DNA of 64,000 nucleotides from an uncultured Candidatus Peribacteria bacterium (GCA_964624115.1 CAZUXI010000006.1:1060-65059); one strand, 5' to 3'. Counted from the stretch's first letter, positions 46,136 to 54,880 are shown. Notes: generated from the letters alone by a model not told the origin. Translations and numbers: made by a program.

Positions 46136-46210
46136 TGGCTGGGGATGAGGGATTCGAACCCCCGAATGTCGGCTTCAAAGGCCGATGCCTTACCGCTTGG
46201 CGAATCCCCA
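46136..46210 (-). tRNA. tRNA-Gln (anticodon TTG), CCA encoded
   Basis: The reverse complement folds as a cloverleaf. Acceptor stem TGGGGAT/ATCCCCA, D-arm GCCAAGCGGTAAGGC, anticodon stem TCGGC/GCCGA with loop CTTTGAA, T-arm GGGGGTTCGAATCCCTC, and a 3' GCCA. Confidence 0.9.
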
Positions 46211-46301
46211 GCATATGTTCCACAACTCTTACTCTCAGCAGAACGGAATAAATGTAGCAAAAACCGTTTGAAAGTCAAACGAAGCGTATCAACACTTCAG
46301 A

Positions 46302-46355
46302 AGATCTGGGAAGCTCCACCGCCCGCCTGTTCAACAATTCTCGATCTTTGCCAAA
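46302..46355 (-). repeat. Bipartite intergenic repeat copy (reverse orientation: TTGGCAAAGA, 26 nt, TGGAGCTTCCCAGATCT)
   Basis: Lies between tRNA-Gln and the SIMPL gene. Confidence 0.55.
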
Positions 46356-46475
46356 AAATAAATTGGCAATATGTCCATCATATCTCCTAAGCAGAAAACA
46401 AAAAAATGTAATACATTATCAAAGACCAAGTTTCACTAGATAGAAAATCATCTTACTTCTTAACTTCATAATTTT

Positions 46476-47210
46476 ATGAAAAGATTTTCATTGAAATCAG
46501 GGATCATTACATCTGCACTTACCATGGCAGTTGTTTTGGTACCAGCAACCACTCAGCTCGCTTTTGCTGCTGAACCAGTAACTCCAACCGTATCAGTTTC
46601 TGGCCAAGGCCATGTTATGGCAGCTCCGGACCGTGCGATGATGAGTGTCACCCTCGACTCAGCACAACAAAAAACTGCTGCTGAAGCGAAGAAAAAAGTA
46701 AACGACCAGCTCGCTACTTTGCAAAAAACTTTGAGTGCGTATGGTGTCACCAATAAAGACATTCAAACCACTTGGTACAGTGTCTACCCACAATACGACT
46801 ACTCTTATGCTGAGACAAAAGGTGAACCAGCAACACAAAAAATCATTGGTTACACCGCAAGCCGAAGCGTAACAGTTACATTGAAAGATGTGAAAAAAGT
46901 TTCTGAAGCTTTTGATAAACTCCTTGATGCCAACTTCAGCAACATTGGTGGAATTAACTACGATATCAAAGACAACAGTGCTTACATTGACAAAGCACGA
47001 GAAGCTGCAGTTAAAAATGCCGCTGATAAAGCCGGTAAACTCGCAAAACTCATGAACTTCAAACTTGGAAAAGTACAGAGTGTTTATGAAAACCAAAGTT
47101 ACAATGGATACTCTCCAATGTATAACAGCATGGGATACGGTAGTTCAATCGAACCAATGGATCTCGATGTAACTCTTGATCTCAACGTAACATACGAACT
47201 CGTTCAGTAA
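46476..47210 (+). CDS. SIMPL/DUF541-family secreted protein
   Basis: Signal peptide, then VSVSGQGHVMAAPDRAMMSVTL, typical of the family; 244 aa. Confidence 0.7.
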   Translation: MKRFSLKSGIITSALTMAVVLVPATTQLAFAAEPVTPTVSVSGQGHVMAAPDRAMMSVTLDSAQQKTAAEAKKKVNDQLATLQKTLSAYGVTNKDIQTTWYSVYPQYDYSYAETKGEPATQKIIGYTASRSVTVTLKDVKKVSEAFDKLLDANFSNIGGINYDIKDNSAYIDKAREAAVKNAADKAGKLAKLMNFKLGKVQSVYENQSYNGYSPMYNSMGYGSSIEPMDLDVTLDLNVTYELVQ

Positions 47211-47243
47211 GAAATTTTCTCACGACGCGAAGAATAAAATCAA

Positions 47244-47277
47244 AAGCCCCGGAAGTTAAGGCTGCCGGGGCTTTTTT
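47244..47277 (+). terminator. Intrinsic terminator
   Basis: 9-bp stem AAGCCCCGG/CCGGGGCTT followed by a T-run. Confidence 0.85.
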
Positions 47278-47330
47278 GATGACAAATACAAACACTCAAA
47301 AATTTAACATTTCAGTCCCTTTGATCTAAA

Positions 47331-47963
47331 ATGAAAATATTCTCCACCACCCATCTTATGATCAAAAAACATCACATCTCCGCGTTCATTATTTTTATTG
47401 GGGTCATCATACTTTTTCTGGTTTTTACCTCACCCAAACAAGTCATTGCTCCAGCCAAAGACGAAGACAGTGGACTCAAACCTTTAACCTCAATCCAAAT
47501 GGTTCTTGAAAGTTTAGCGTTCCCACCCGAAACCGCGCTTCCACCAAAATTTACCTGCGATGCCGAAAATATCAGCCCCCCACTTGAATGGAAAAATGTT
47601 CCCGATGGTACCAAAACTTTCGCCCTCATTATGAGTGACCCTGACGCACCAAGTGGAGACTGGGTTCACTGGATCATATGGAACATTCCGGGAACTACTC
47701 GTCTGATTCAAGAAAAATACGCCCCTGAAGGTGCCATGGTCGGAAACAATGATTTTGGAACTCCAAGCTGGTCAGGGCCGTGTCCGCCTTCCGGGACTCA
47801 TCGTTATGTTTTTGCTCTCTACGCACTTGATGTTGAACTCAACCTTCCCGAAAATACTAAAAAAGATGATCTCTTAAAAGCGATGAACGGTCATGTTCTT
47901 GCTCAAGCCGAGCTTATGGCGCCTTACAAGCGTTTGAATCAACCAACAACGGAACAAAATTAA
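47331..47963 (+). CDS. PEBP (YbhB/YbcL) family protein with an N-terminal membrane anchor
   Basis: FTCDAENISPPLEWKNVPDGTKTFALIMSDPDAP...WVHWIIWNIP and GPCPPSGTHRYVF. Confidence 0.8.
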   Translation: MKIFSTTHLMIKKHHISAFIIFIGVIILFLVFTSPKQVIAPAKDEDSGLKPLTSIQMVLESLAFPPETALPPKFTCDAENISPPLEWKNVPDGTKTFALIMSDPDAPSGDWVHWIIWNIPGTTRLIQEKYAPEGAMVGNNDFGTPSWSGPCPPSGTHRYVFALYALDVELNLPENTKKDDLLKAMNGHVLAQAELMAPYKRLNQPTTEQN

Positions 47964-48640
47964 GGACCTCTCCATTTTCCTTTGGCATCATAAGAAAATG
48001 CCGAATTACAATGAGGCGCCAGAACGCACTTGTCACACTGTGGGCGTTGCGATTTACACACGGCTCTTCCGTGTTCAATGTGCCAATAAGAAAAGTGTTC
48101 CCATTCCTTTTGTGGAACAATCTTCATGAGATCTTGTTCAATTTTGATCGGACTGACTTCCTGAGTAAAACCAATACGCCGTGAGAGCCTTTGGACATGA
48201 GTATCCACAACCACACCCACGAGTTTCCCAAATGCATTTTGGAGAACCACATTCGCGGTTTTCCTCGCTACACCTGGAAGTAACAACAGTTCCTCCATCG
48301 TAGCCGGAACATTTCCCTGGAAATCTTGAACCATCATACGGCAAGCCCCTTGAATATTTTTAGCCTTACTCCGAAAAAATCCTGTTGATCGAATAAACTC
48401 CTGGAGCTCGTTTTCATCTGCTTCAGCATAATCAAGGGCGGTAGGGAAACGCTTAAAAAGCGCAGGAGTTACCTTGTTCACCCGCACATCTGTACATTGG
48501 GCCGAAAGAATTGTAGCCACCAAAATTTCCAGCGGATTGGAAAAAGTTAACGCCGTTTTCGGATTCGGATAGAGCAAGCGAAACTGCTGAAGAATCCACT
48601 CCATTTTTTTCTTCACATTGTCTTTTTTTGGTTTCACCAT
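47960..48640 (-). CDS. nth: Endonuclease III
   Basis: ILSAQCTDVRVN, the HhH-GPD region LPGVARKTANVV, and the Fe-S cluster C..C..C..C at the C-terminus. Confidence 0.9.
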   Translation of the reverse strand: MVKPKKDNVKKKMEWILQQFRLLYPNPKTALTFSNPLEILVATILSAQCTDVRVNKVTPALFKRFPTALDYAEADENELQEFIRSTGFFRSKAKNIQGACRMMVQDFQGNVPATMEELLLLPGVARKTANVVLQNAFGKLVGVVVDTHVQRLSRRIGFTQEVSPIKIEQDLMKIVPQKEWEHFSYWHIEHGRAVCKSQRPQCDKCVLAPHCNSAFSYDAKGKWRGP

Positions 48641-48681
48641 AGAATAGAAAGCGTATCTGTATTCTACTCGCCAAAGCCTCC

Positions 48682-49329
48682 ATGGTAAACATCCTCCGCT
48701 GGTTCGACCAGCTCAAACGTCACGATCGATCCCTGAAAATTTTGATTGGCCTCAACATTTTTATGGCAATTGCCTCGAATATTGTAGACTATCCCTGGCT
48801 TGCCAGCGTCAAATGGTACCTCCTGCCCTTGACTCCCATCTGCTCCCTCTACCCGCTGACCTTGGCCATCTGGTTTACCATTTACCGCCAAAAGAAAACC
48901 GTCCCCCCTTGGTACACCACTTTTATTCTGATGGGAATCATCGGTTACGGAATCATGGCCCAAGTCTACTACCCCTTTTACATGAGCTGGGATGGTGTCA
49001 CCTGGCGTTACATCGGGAACATGATCTGGGTTGCCATCTACGCGTCACAGGCTTTAACGCTCAAATCTGAAATCAAAAAAATCCCCCCCATTCAGTATTT
49101 GTTGATTTTTGGGTACTTTGCCCTCAAAGATTACGCCGATCGTTACCTCGGAACTTTCCTTGATATTCTTCGTCCGGATTTTCCGCAGTGGCACATCGAC
49201 CTTCTGTTCCCACTCCTGCTCACTGTGCATATTTTAGCGGCACTTTGGATTCTAAAAACCGCTTTTTATTCAAAAGTATCTCAGGTGGAAGCGGTCGCTG
49301 CTTCAGGTGTCACCACCGGAGCCAACTGA
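48682..49329 (+). CDS. Polytopic membrane protein (possibly DUF1405-like)
   Basis: Five or six hydrophobic helices. The family assignment is from memory only and is weak. Confidence 0.6.
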   Translation: MVNILRWFDQLKRHDRSLKILIGLNIFMAIASNIVDYPWLASVKWYLLPLTPICSLYPLTLAIWFTIYRQKKTVPPWYTTFILMGIIGYGIMAQVYYPFYMSWDGVTWRYIGNMIWVAIYASQALTLKSEIKKIPPIQYLLIFGYFALKDYADRYLGTFLDILRPDFPQWHIDLLFPLLLTVHILAALWILKTAFYSKVSQVEAVAASGVTTGAN

Positions 49330-50924
49330 TGTGCTCCACCACTCTCAACATTTTTACGGAGATCAGCATCGTTCCCGATGGTTTCTTCGTTCGGTGCCGT
49401 TCGTTTGACCTTAGCCGCTTCACCCGTGACCCGGTTTTTGTATTTTTCCGGTAACGAATCCAGCGCCAAAGAAGTAAGCGGTAAATAATCCAAGGGGTCA
49501 ACATATTTGCCACCCTTCAAAACTTCAAAGTGGAGATGGGCCCCTGTGGTCATAAGTCCCGCACCTTTTGAACCCGGTGTTCCACCGGTGAGGGCAACCG
49601 TTTGACCTTGATAAACCTTTTGTCCCGGAACCACTTTAAATTCAGAAACGTGACCATAGACCGTCATCAGGCCGCCCGAATGAGCAATAATCAAATAACT
49701 GTACCCATATCCGTTATCTTTTACTTTATAAACCACCCCATCGGCGGGAGCCTTAATGGCAGTCCCTTGGGTTTCGCGAATATCTATCGCATTGTGCTGC
49801 ATGCCCATCGCTCGTCGATATGAATCATCATGAAAATAAGCAGTGATACCCCGACTTGGACTCACCGGCCAGCGGAATTGGAGCCCTTCGGTCTCATTCG
49901 CCGTTTGTTTCATATAAAGGTAAACGGAAGTCACCTCAGGCGCGAGCATTTTTGAATACGTAGCAATATCAAAGTCATCGCCAAGTTCCGTCATTTTTTT
50001 CTGGAGGAAAACCAGATTATCCTGCAGAACCTGAATATCCTGTTCAATTTGATCCTGTTGTTTTTTTGACTCGTCCAAAAGTTTTTCATAAATCTTTTCT
50101 TCACCTTTTGTTTGTTCAAGAAGATAAGATTTTCCTTCTTTTTGAACACGATAATTCTCTTTTTCGGTCACCAATTGGGTTTTTAAAAGTTCCAATTTTG
50201 CCCTGCTCGCTTCCACTTTTTGCTGATCCTCTTCAAGTGAAGCCACCAGAGTTTCCAAAGTTTCAAATACCTCATGTCCAACCGACTCCAAGACATTAAA
50301 ATACTTCAATTGCTGTAACTGATCACCCACCGATACATCACTCATGAGGAGTTTGACCACATTCATCTGCTGCTCTTCGTCAAAAGTATCCTTAACACTG
50401 TTTTCTTGTTCATAGAGTGCCATCAAGTACTCCATGAGGAGCTTTTTCTGTTGTTCAATTTCAATCTCTTTTTCTTCAATATCGTTCATGAGCACGGTAA
50501 TTTCACGTTCTTTTTCAGTAATTTGCCATTCCACATTCGTAATCATACTCTCGGTATTCACCAGTTGTTCATCCAGATTGCGAATTTGATCCGCTAAAGT
50601 CTGCACTTTAATTTGGGAATCTAAGAGCTTTTCCGTCGCTTCATCGGTTGTTTTTTTGACATCCGAAAGGTCGCTCTTAGAAGTTCGAATTTGATCTTTA
50701 ATCCGTTCAAGAAACTGCATACGTTGAATTGCTTTTTTTGAAACTTCATCAGTAATTTCTTGCGTAGCGATCGGGGCAGGGAGGAGCTGGTCCACTTTCA
50801 CCAAACTGGAGGGTTGGGCAGGTTCAGTCGCAACCGGTTCCGTTTGTGCCTGTAAGAGGTGACTCTGAAAGAGGAGGGAAGAGGTAAAAATGCCCAGAGC
50901 AATGTAAATATTTGTTTTTTTCAT
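49281..50924 (-). CDS. Secreted coiled-coil M23 metallopeptidase (EnvC-like)
   Basis: Signal peptide from ATG 50924, a long coiled coil, then HNAIDI...HLHFEV LytM motifs. Its 3' end overlaps the convergent gene by 49 nt. Confidence 0.85.
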   Translation of the reverse strand: MKKTNIYIALGIFTSSLLFQSHLLQAQTEPVATEPAQPSSLVKVDQLLPAPIATQEITDEVSKKAIQRMQFLERIKDQIRTSKSDLSDVKKTTDEATEKLLDSQIKVQTLADQIRNLDEQLVNTESMITNVEWQITEKEREITVLMNDIEEKEIEIEQQKKLLMEYLMALYEQENSVKDTFDEEQQMNVVKLLMSDVSVGDQLQQLKYFNVLESVGHEVFETLETLVASLEEDQQKVEASRAKLELLKTQLVTEKENYRVQKEGKSYLLEQTKGEEKIYEKLLDESKKQQDQIEQDIQVLQDNLVFLQKKMTELGDDFDIATYSKMLAPEVTSVYLYMKQTANETEGLQFRWPVSPSRGITAYFHDDSYRRAMGMQHNAIDIRETQGTAIKAPADGVVYKVKDNGYGYSYLIIAHSGGLMTVYGHVSEFKVVPGQKVYQGQTVALTGGTPGSKGAGLMTTGAHLHFEVLKGGKYVDPLDYLPLTSLALDSLPEKYKNRVTGEAAKVKRTAPNEETIGNDADLRKNVESGGAHQLAPVVTPEAATAST

Positions 50925-51067
50925 GTTGGCTGAAAATTTAACTGAGAACATATCTTTACATTATAGCAAAAAATGCCCGATCTGTAACCCGCAAGCGGAC
51001 AGTTTTTACTTGCCTCGTGGGCAAAATTTGGTTAATATCACCTGGCTTTAACAGTAATAAAAGAACT

Positions 51068-51427
51068 ATGGCACATAAAAAAGCCGCAGGTTCGACCCAA
51101 AATGGACGCGATTCTCAGGCGAAACGCCTTGGTGTAAAAGTATTCGGAGGTCAAACCGTTGTTGCCGGCAATATCATCATCCGCCAACGTGGGAATAAAT
51201 ATCACGCTGGAAAAAACGCAGGTGTTGGAAAAGATCACACCATTTTTGCTCTTGCAGATGGGATTGTGAGCTTCCAGGAAAAGAAATTTGTGAAATTTGA
51301 CGGACGCGTATTTAAAGAACGTCTCGTGAATATTTTGCCACCAGCAGCAGCGAAAGCGAAAAAAGCAGCTCCTGTAGCAAAAGCAACAGCAAAAAGTGGT
51401 GCAGGAAGAACAAAAATCGCTCGATAA
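51068..51427 (+). CDS. rpmA: 50S ribosomal protein L27 with an Ala/Lys-rich C-terminal extension
   Basis: [24 protein letters not shown]... is a canonical L27 start. The tail is [29 protein letters not shown]. Confidence 0.9.
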   Translation: MAHKKAAGSTQNGRDSQAKRLGVKVFGGQTVVAGNIIIRQRGNKYHAGKNAGVGKDHTIFALADGIVSFQEKKFVKFDGRVFKERLVNILPPAAAKAKKAAPVAKATAKSGAGRTKIAR

Positions 51428-51447
51428 AAAATACCTAAGCAAGTTTC

Positions 51448-52137
51448 ATGGCCGACCTCGAATCCTTTTCGTCAGCAGATAGTGGCGCTGAAGGATCCGA
51501 TCCCGCGGCCTTGGAACGCTTACGTGAACGCATGGCCAACGCCTCCGCGCAAATCAAAGCTATGCAAGTGGGGGAGCAAAAGCAACGAAAAAACGAAAGC
51601 GAACTCATCAAAATCCTTCTCAAATTCATCAAAAGCCGGCAAAAAGGTGACCAGCTTCTTCTGGTTGCCCGCCTTTTAGACGAAAACATCCCCGCAAACT
51701 TCATTGTGAGCCTTCTTGCCCTCTCCAATCACGAAATTAGAGAAGAACTGGGAATCAAACTGTTGCCTTCACTGGAACAGGAGCAGCAAATCGCCCTCGA
51801 TACCCGCAACCTGCCCGATATTCCCATTGGAGACGCCGTCCTTCCCCTCAAAATCAAAATTGCCCTCACTACCTGGTTTGAAGAGATCTACCGCCGCAGC
51901 TCCGAAGTCCCCGATCGCCTCCTCAAAACCATCTACGATGCTGATGGTGGTATGAAACTTGCGGCTGTTCAACTCGCCACCTTTAACCTCCGCGATTTTT
52001 TAGAGGAACAAAACGCCCCCCAAGACTACCAGGATATGAAAAATTTCCTGGAAGCCATTCTCCAAAGCATTCTTCAGCGCATCCACTACGAATTCGAAAG
52101 CCGAGGAAAACTTAAAGGCCCCCAGGAGCGAAATTAG
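51448..52137 (+). CDS. Hypothetical protein (229 aa)
   Basis: ORF starts 21 nt after rpmA. No motif recognised. Confidence 0.55.
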   Translation: MADLESFSSADSGAEGSDPAALERLRERMANASAQIKAMQVGEQKQRKNESELIKILLKFIKSRQKGDQLLLVARLLDENIPANFIVSLLALSNHEIREELGIKLLPSLEQEQQIALDTRNLPDIPIGDAVLPLKIKIALTTWFEEIYRRSSEVPDRLLKTIYDADGGMKLAAVQLATFNLRDFLEEQNAPQDYQDMKNFLEAILQSILQRIHYEFESRGKLKGPQERN

Positions 52138-52142
52138 TTTTA

Positions 52143-52193
52143 TGGCAAAAATCAAGCACTCTTTAAGATGCTTCCGATGGAGCCTCCAATTCG
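52143..52193 (+). repeat. Bipartite intergenic repeat copy (TGGCAAAAA, 26 nt, TGGAGCCTCCAATTCG)
   Basis: Starts 5 nt after the stop at 52137, between convergent genes. Confidence 0.6.
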
Positions 52194-52196
52194 TAG

Positions 52197-52215
52197 AGCG
52201 TTAAAAACGCTTTTT
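52197..52215 (+). terminator. Small hairpin plus T-run
   Basis: AGCGTT, AAA loop, AACGCT, followed by TTTTT. Confidence 0.4.
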
Positions 52216-52435
52216 ACATTGCTTCCCTCAGCTTCTCAAAAATCTCCTCTTCCGGAAGCTCAATCCAGTGGTTTTTCACCAAAAGCTCACAAACCCGCTT
52301 CACCTTGGTCATACTCGGATGTTCAATTTTTACCAAAATCCGCTCAATTTTTTCCTCTTTTGCTTCATTCAAACCATTCTCCGCTCCAAAAATCACCAAA
52401 AACTCCCGCAACTTCTCCGGATCAATTTTGGTCAT
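52214..52435 (-). CDS. Small helical hypothetical protein (73 aa)
   Basis: ATG-initiated ORF downstream of tRNA-His on the same strand. Sequence is protein-like and charged/helical. Confidence 0.45.
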   Translation of the reverse strand: MTKIDPEKLREFLVIFGAENGLNEAKEEKIERILVKIEHPSMTKVKRVCELLVKNHWIELPEEEIFEKLREAM

Positions 52436-52510
52436 AAAGAAAACGAAAAAAAATAAACGCGCACAGCGACCAACCTAAATTCTTAATCTCAATTCTAAAC
52501 ACTTTAACTC

Positions 52511-52588
52511 TGGGGTGTCCAATGGGGGTCGAACCCACGACCTCCGGGACCACAACCCGGCGCTCTAACCAACTGAGCTATGGACACC
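52511..52588 (-). tRNA. tRNA-His (anticodon GTG) with genomically encoded G-1 and CCA
   Basis: Reverse complement: G-1, acceptor stem GTGTCCA/TGGACAC, D-arm GCTCAGTTGGTTAGAGC, anticodon stem CCGGG/CCCGG with loop TTGTGGT, T-arm GTGGGTTCGACCCCCAT, discriminator C, then CCA. Confidence 0.9.
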
Positions 52589-52661
52589 ACAAGGAAAGCC
52601 TCCATATTATAGAGAACTTTATCCTGAAGGCAAGCTTCTCTAAGAAGCCCCGGGAACAACG

Positions 52662-52784
52662 GTAAAGAATTCAAAAAGGGTCTATTGCAAGGAAGGAAAA
52701 AATTTCAACCGGAGTGTATTCAAATATACATGAGGCTTGAAATTTTTTCCTGACGCAGCAAGAGGCCCTTTTTCAATTCTTTAC
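52662..52784. repeat. 123-nt imperfect palindrome (long hairpin)
   Basis: The inner arms are a perfect 14 bp (GGAAAAAATTTCAA 52695-52708 / TTGAAATTTTTTCC 52737-52750). The outer arms match 21 of 24 positions (AAGAATTCAAAAAGGGTCTATTGC versus the reverse complement of GCAAGAGGCCCTTTTTCAATTCTT). Confidence 0.7.
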
Positions 52785-52785
52785 A

Positions 52786-52817
52786 ACCAAAAAGAGGCAG
52801 TGACTTGCACCGCCTCT
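52786..52817 (-). terminator. Intrinsic terminator of the metalloprotease gene
   Basis: On the minus strand: AGAGGC, a 13-nt loop, GCCTCT, followed by TTTTT. Confidence 0.6.
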
Positions 52818-52892
52818 CATATGGGTCTTAGGAGTATCAACGCCCTAGAAAAGCCTTAATATCCTAAAACAGTTTTCAATGGGATGAACCAT

Positions 52893-53816
52893 TTACGTAA
52901 CAAAGAACTCTCGTAAATCATAAGGGAGAACCGTAACGTCAAAGTGACGTTCCGCAACCGACTTCACCGAAGTCAGATCTCCATTAAAGTACTCTTTACC
53001 CGCAAACACTTTATACTTCAAGAAATCGTATTTTTGTTGTAACCGATCGTTGTACTTGGCGAGGAGCCGAAACTCTTGGCCGTGGAGAATATAATAAGCA
53101 AATGATTCAGCAAAGTCTTCGAATGGATCCGTCATGGCATAACCAGAAACAAAATCCAGATCAGTGCTATCAGCTTTCAAACTTTGAGTGTCTGAAAAAC
53201 TAATCGCATAGAACTCTGAACTCACATCGTCTTGGTAAATGGAAAGTTTCCCGTCCATAAAACCACTTTCTCCAGACGCTGCACTTCCCTGCATCACACC
53301 GGTGTCCAGAATATGACCTATCTCATGAGTGAGAACCCCCACCAATTCTTCATCTGTCACATTTTGACAGCGCAGAACAATGGTAGATCCACCTCCCAAA
53401 CCCCGACGACCTTCGTCGTTAAAGTAAAGAGTAAGATGTTTCAACTGAGCAACCGGCTCTTGAGGCAAAGACATGAGAGTCTTATACACGAGCGATTTAC
53501 AATGTTTCAAAGAACTTTGATCAATACTTTCAGCACTTACCTCATGAGAACTTTCATCACGACTATACTTGATAGTTAAGCCAGAATCAGCAGCGTAGGT
53601 ATCGAGCTCTTCACTCAAGATCTTATCACTTACGAGTGTAAGTCCAGACCGAGTTTCGAGAGCTTTTTGATTATACTCAGTACTCACATTTTCAGCAAGG
53701 GTCGGTTTTAATAAATCTTGGAAAAGGGAAGCAGTTGTAAGATCTTGAAACGTGAGACCCAAGAAAGAGGAGAATAAGAACCCAAGATTGAAAAAGGTAA
53801 AAGTTATTTTCTTCAT
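52893..53816 (-). CDS. Secreted putative zinc metallopeptidase
   Basis: N-terminal signal-like helix and the HExxH motif (LTHEIGHILD). Confidence 0.6.
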   Translation of the reverse strand: MKKITFTFFNLGFLFSSFLGLTFQDLTTASLFQDLLKPTLAENVSTEYNQKALETRSGLTLVSDKILSEELDTYAADSGLTIKYSRDESSHEVSAESIDQSSLKHCKSLVYKTLMSLPQEPVAQLKHLTLYFNDEGRRGLGGGSTIVLRCQNVTDEELVGVLTHEIGHILDTGVMQGSAASGESGFMDGKLSIYQDDVSSEFYAISFSDTQSLKADSTDLDFVSGYAMTDPFEDFAESFAYYILHGQEFRLLAKYNDRLQQKYDFLKYKVFAGKEYFNGDLTSVKSVAERHFDVTVLPYDLREFFVT

Positions 53817-53945
53817 AGAGAAGTAATCAATATAACTTTTTCTTTTTGAGTTCTATTTTCGCTGTAAGAATCTTTCAAAATCCAAACAGAAAGTGACCTT
53901 ATCACATATATCGAAACCTGTCAAGGGTCGAGGTAAGACAACCAA

Positions 53946-53965
53946 ATCTGTGCCCGGGCACAGAT
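53946..53965. repeat. Perfect 20-bp palindrome ATCTGTGCCCGGGCACAGAT
   Basis: Read directly. It is GC-rich within AT-rich intergenic DNA. Confidence 0.9.
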
Positions 53966-53990
53966 CCAGCAAGTTACATAATAAAAAATC

Positions 53991-54096
53991 AGCAAAAATC
54001 AAAAGAGACGGAGCGCACGTAGTATTTATATTTTAGGGTCTTGTGGGTCCCAAAAATAGAAATGCGAAGTTAAGCGCAGTCACTTTTGATTTTTGA
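53991..54096. repeat. Imperfect nested hairpin of about 106 nt
   Basis: The outer arm AGCAAAAATCAAAAGAGACGGAGCGC matches the reverse complement of AGCGCAGTCACTTTTGATTTTTG. The inner arms are ATTTATATTTT and AAAAATAGAAAT. Confidence 0.55.
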
Positions 54097-54262
54097 CTTT
54101 AAAGGAAGGGTGGGCCTACGGGAGGGAAACCCCGTTTCCCTTTCGTTACATGTTGAACAGGGGACACCGAACCTCAGGTGAGCAGCTCAAGGTCTTACGA
54201 CCGAGCACTCATGAGTGTTTTCAATGGTGTCCCCTGATCTCTGTTTCAGGGGGGTTGAGTCG

Positions 54263-54880
54263 CTACTTGGCGGCGCGTGAGACCGCGCCGCCGAAGATGA
54301 ACATGGTGAGAAGGATGAGGCCCATGGTCGCCCACGGTGCCTCGAGGAGGCCGTTGATCAGGCCTCCAATCGCCTTGATGATCAGGAAGCCGATCATCAA
54401 GATGTTGGGGATCGCCACGATGGCGATCTTACCTTCCTCCTCTTCACTGACTAGCCCCTTCAAGAAAAGCAAAGCTCCGGGGATTATATTGCAGAGGATG
54501 ACGGCCCAGGTGAGCCCCAGGTCGGGCGCCCTGAGGGTGGTGATGGCCAAGACGCCAAACCCCACAATGAGGGCCCCCTCGACCGGCTGCTCCGCCCGCC
54601 CAAAGAAGATGCCGGGGATCAAAAAAATGATCAAGAGTGGCACGCCTGCGATGAGACAGGCAACAATGAACCACGCTTGCGCGTAGCCCAACTGCTGTCC
54701 CACCTTGATCACATGGTGTTCGATCCTCCCTCCAGGGCTGGTGACAGGTGCCACCTCCCCGGTCCGTGTGGACCCGATCGGGTTGGGCGAATCGTGATAA
54801 TTCGCCCCACACCCCACCATCCCAAACAGTCCACAGACGACCAAAACAACAAAAACAAGTTTCTTGACGAGATTGGACAT
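54263..54880 (-). CDS. GC-rich ORFan: putative lipoprotein with several TM helices (205 aa from ATG 54880)
   Basis: AAGGAG lies 7 nt upstream of the ATG. Lipobox-like FGMVGC, then 4 or 5 hydrophobic helices. Line 54301-54360 has 37/60 G+C by hand count. Confidence 0.65.
   Translation of the reverse strand: MSNLVKKLVFVVLVVCGLFGMVGCGANYHDSPNPIGSTRTGEVAPVTSPGGRIEHHVIKVGQQLGYAQAWFIVACLIAGVPLLIIFLIPGIFFGRAEQPVEGALIVGFGVLAITTLRAPDLGLTWAVILCNIIPGALLFLKGLVSEEEEGKIAIVAIPNILMIGFLIIKAIGGLINGLLEAPWATMGLILLTMFIFGGAVSRAAK

Noticed and set aside
12749-53965. Similarity between GTGCCCGGACAGAT (12749-12762, upstream of the island-1 gene), the 20-bp palindrome ATCTGTGCCCGGGCACAGAT (53946-53965, beside island 2) and TGCCCGATCTGT (50974-50985)
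   Set aside because: The matches are short (8 + 6 nt), need an indel or a permutation, and number only three. That is too weak to call a shared site without a genome-wide count. It is kept here only as a pointer.
54100-54262. The GC-rich structured segment as SRP RNA, RNase P RNA, tmRNA or group II intron domain V
   Set aside because: None of the hallmark conserved strings I know could be found on either strand. I checked for the SRP domain IV GGAA/AGCA loops, the tmRNA tag ORF with a tRNA-like end, and the intron domain V consensus. It is reported instead as an unclassified structure.
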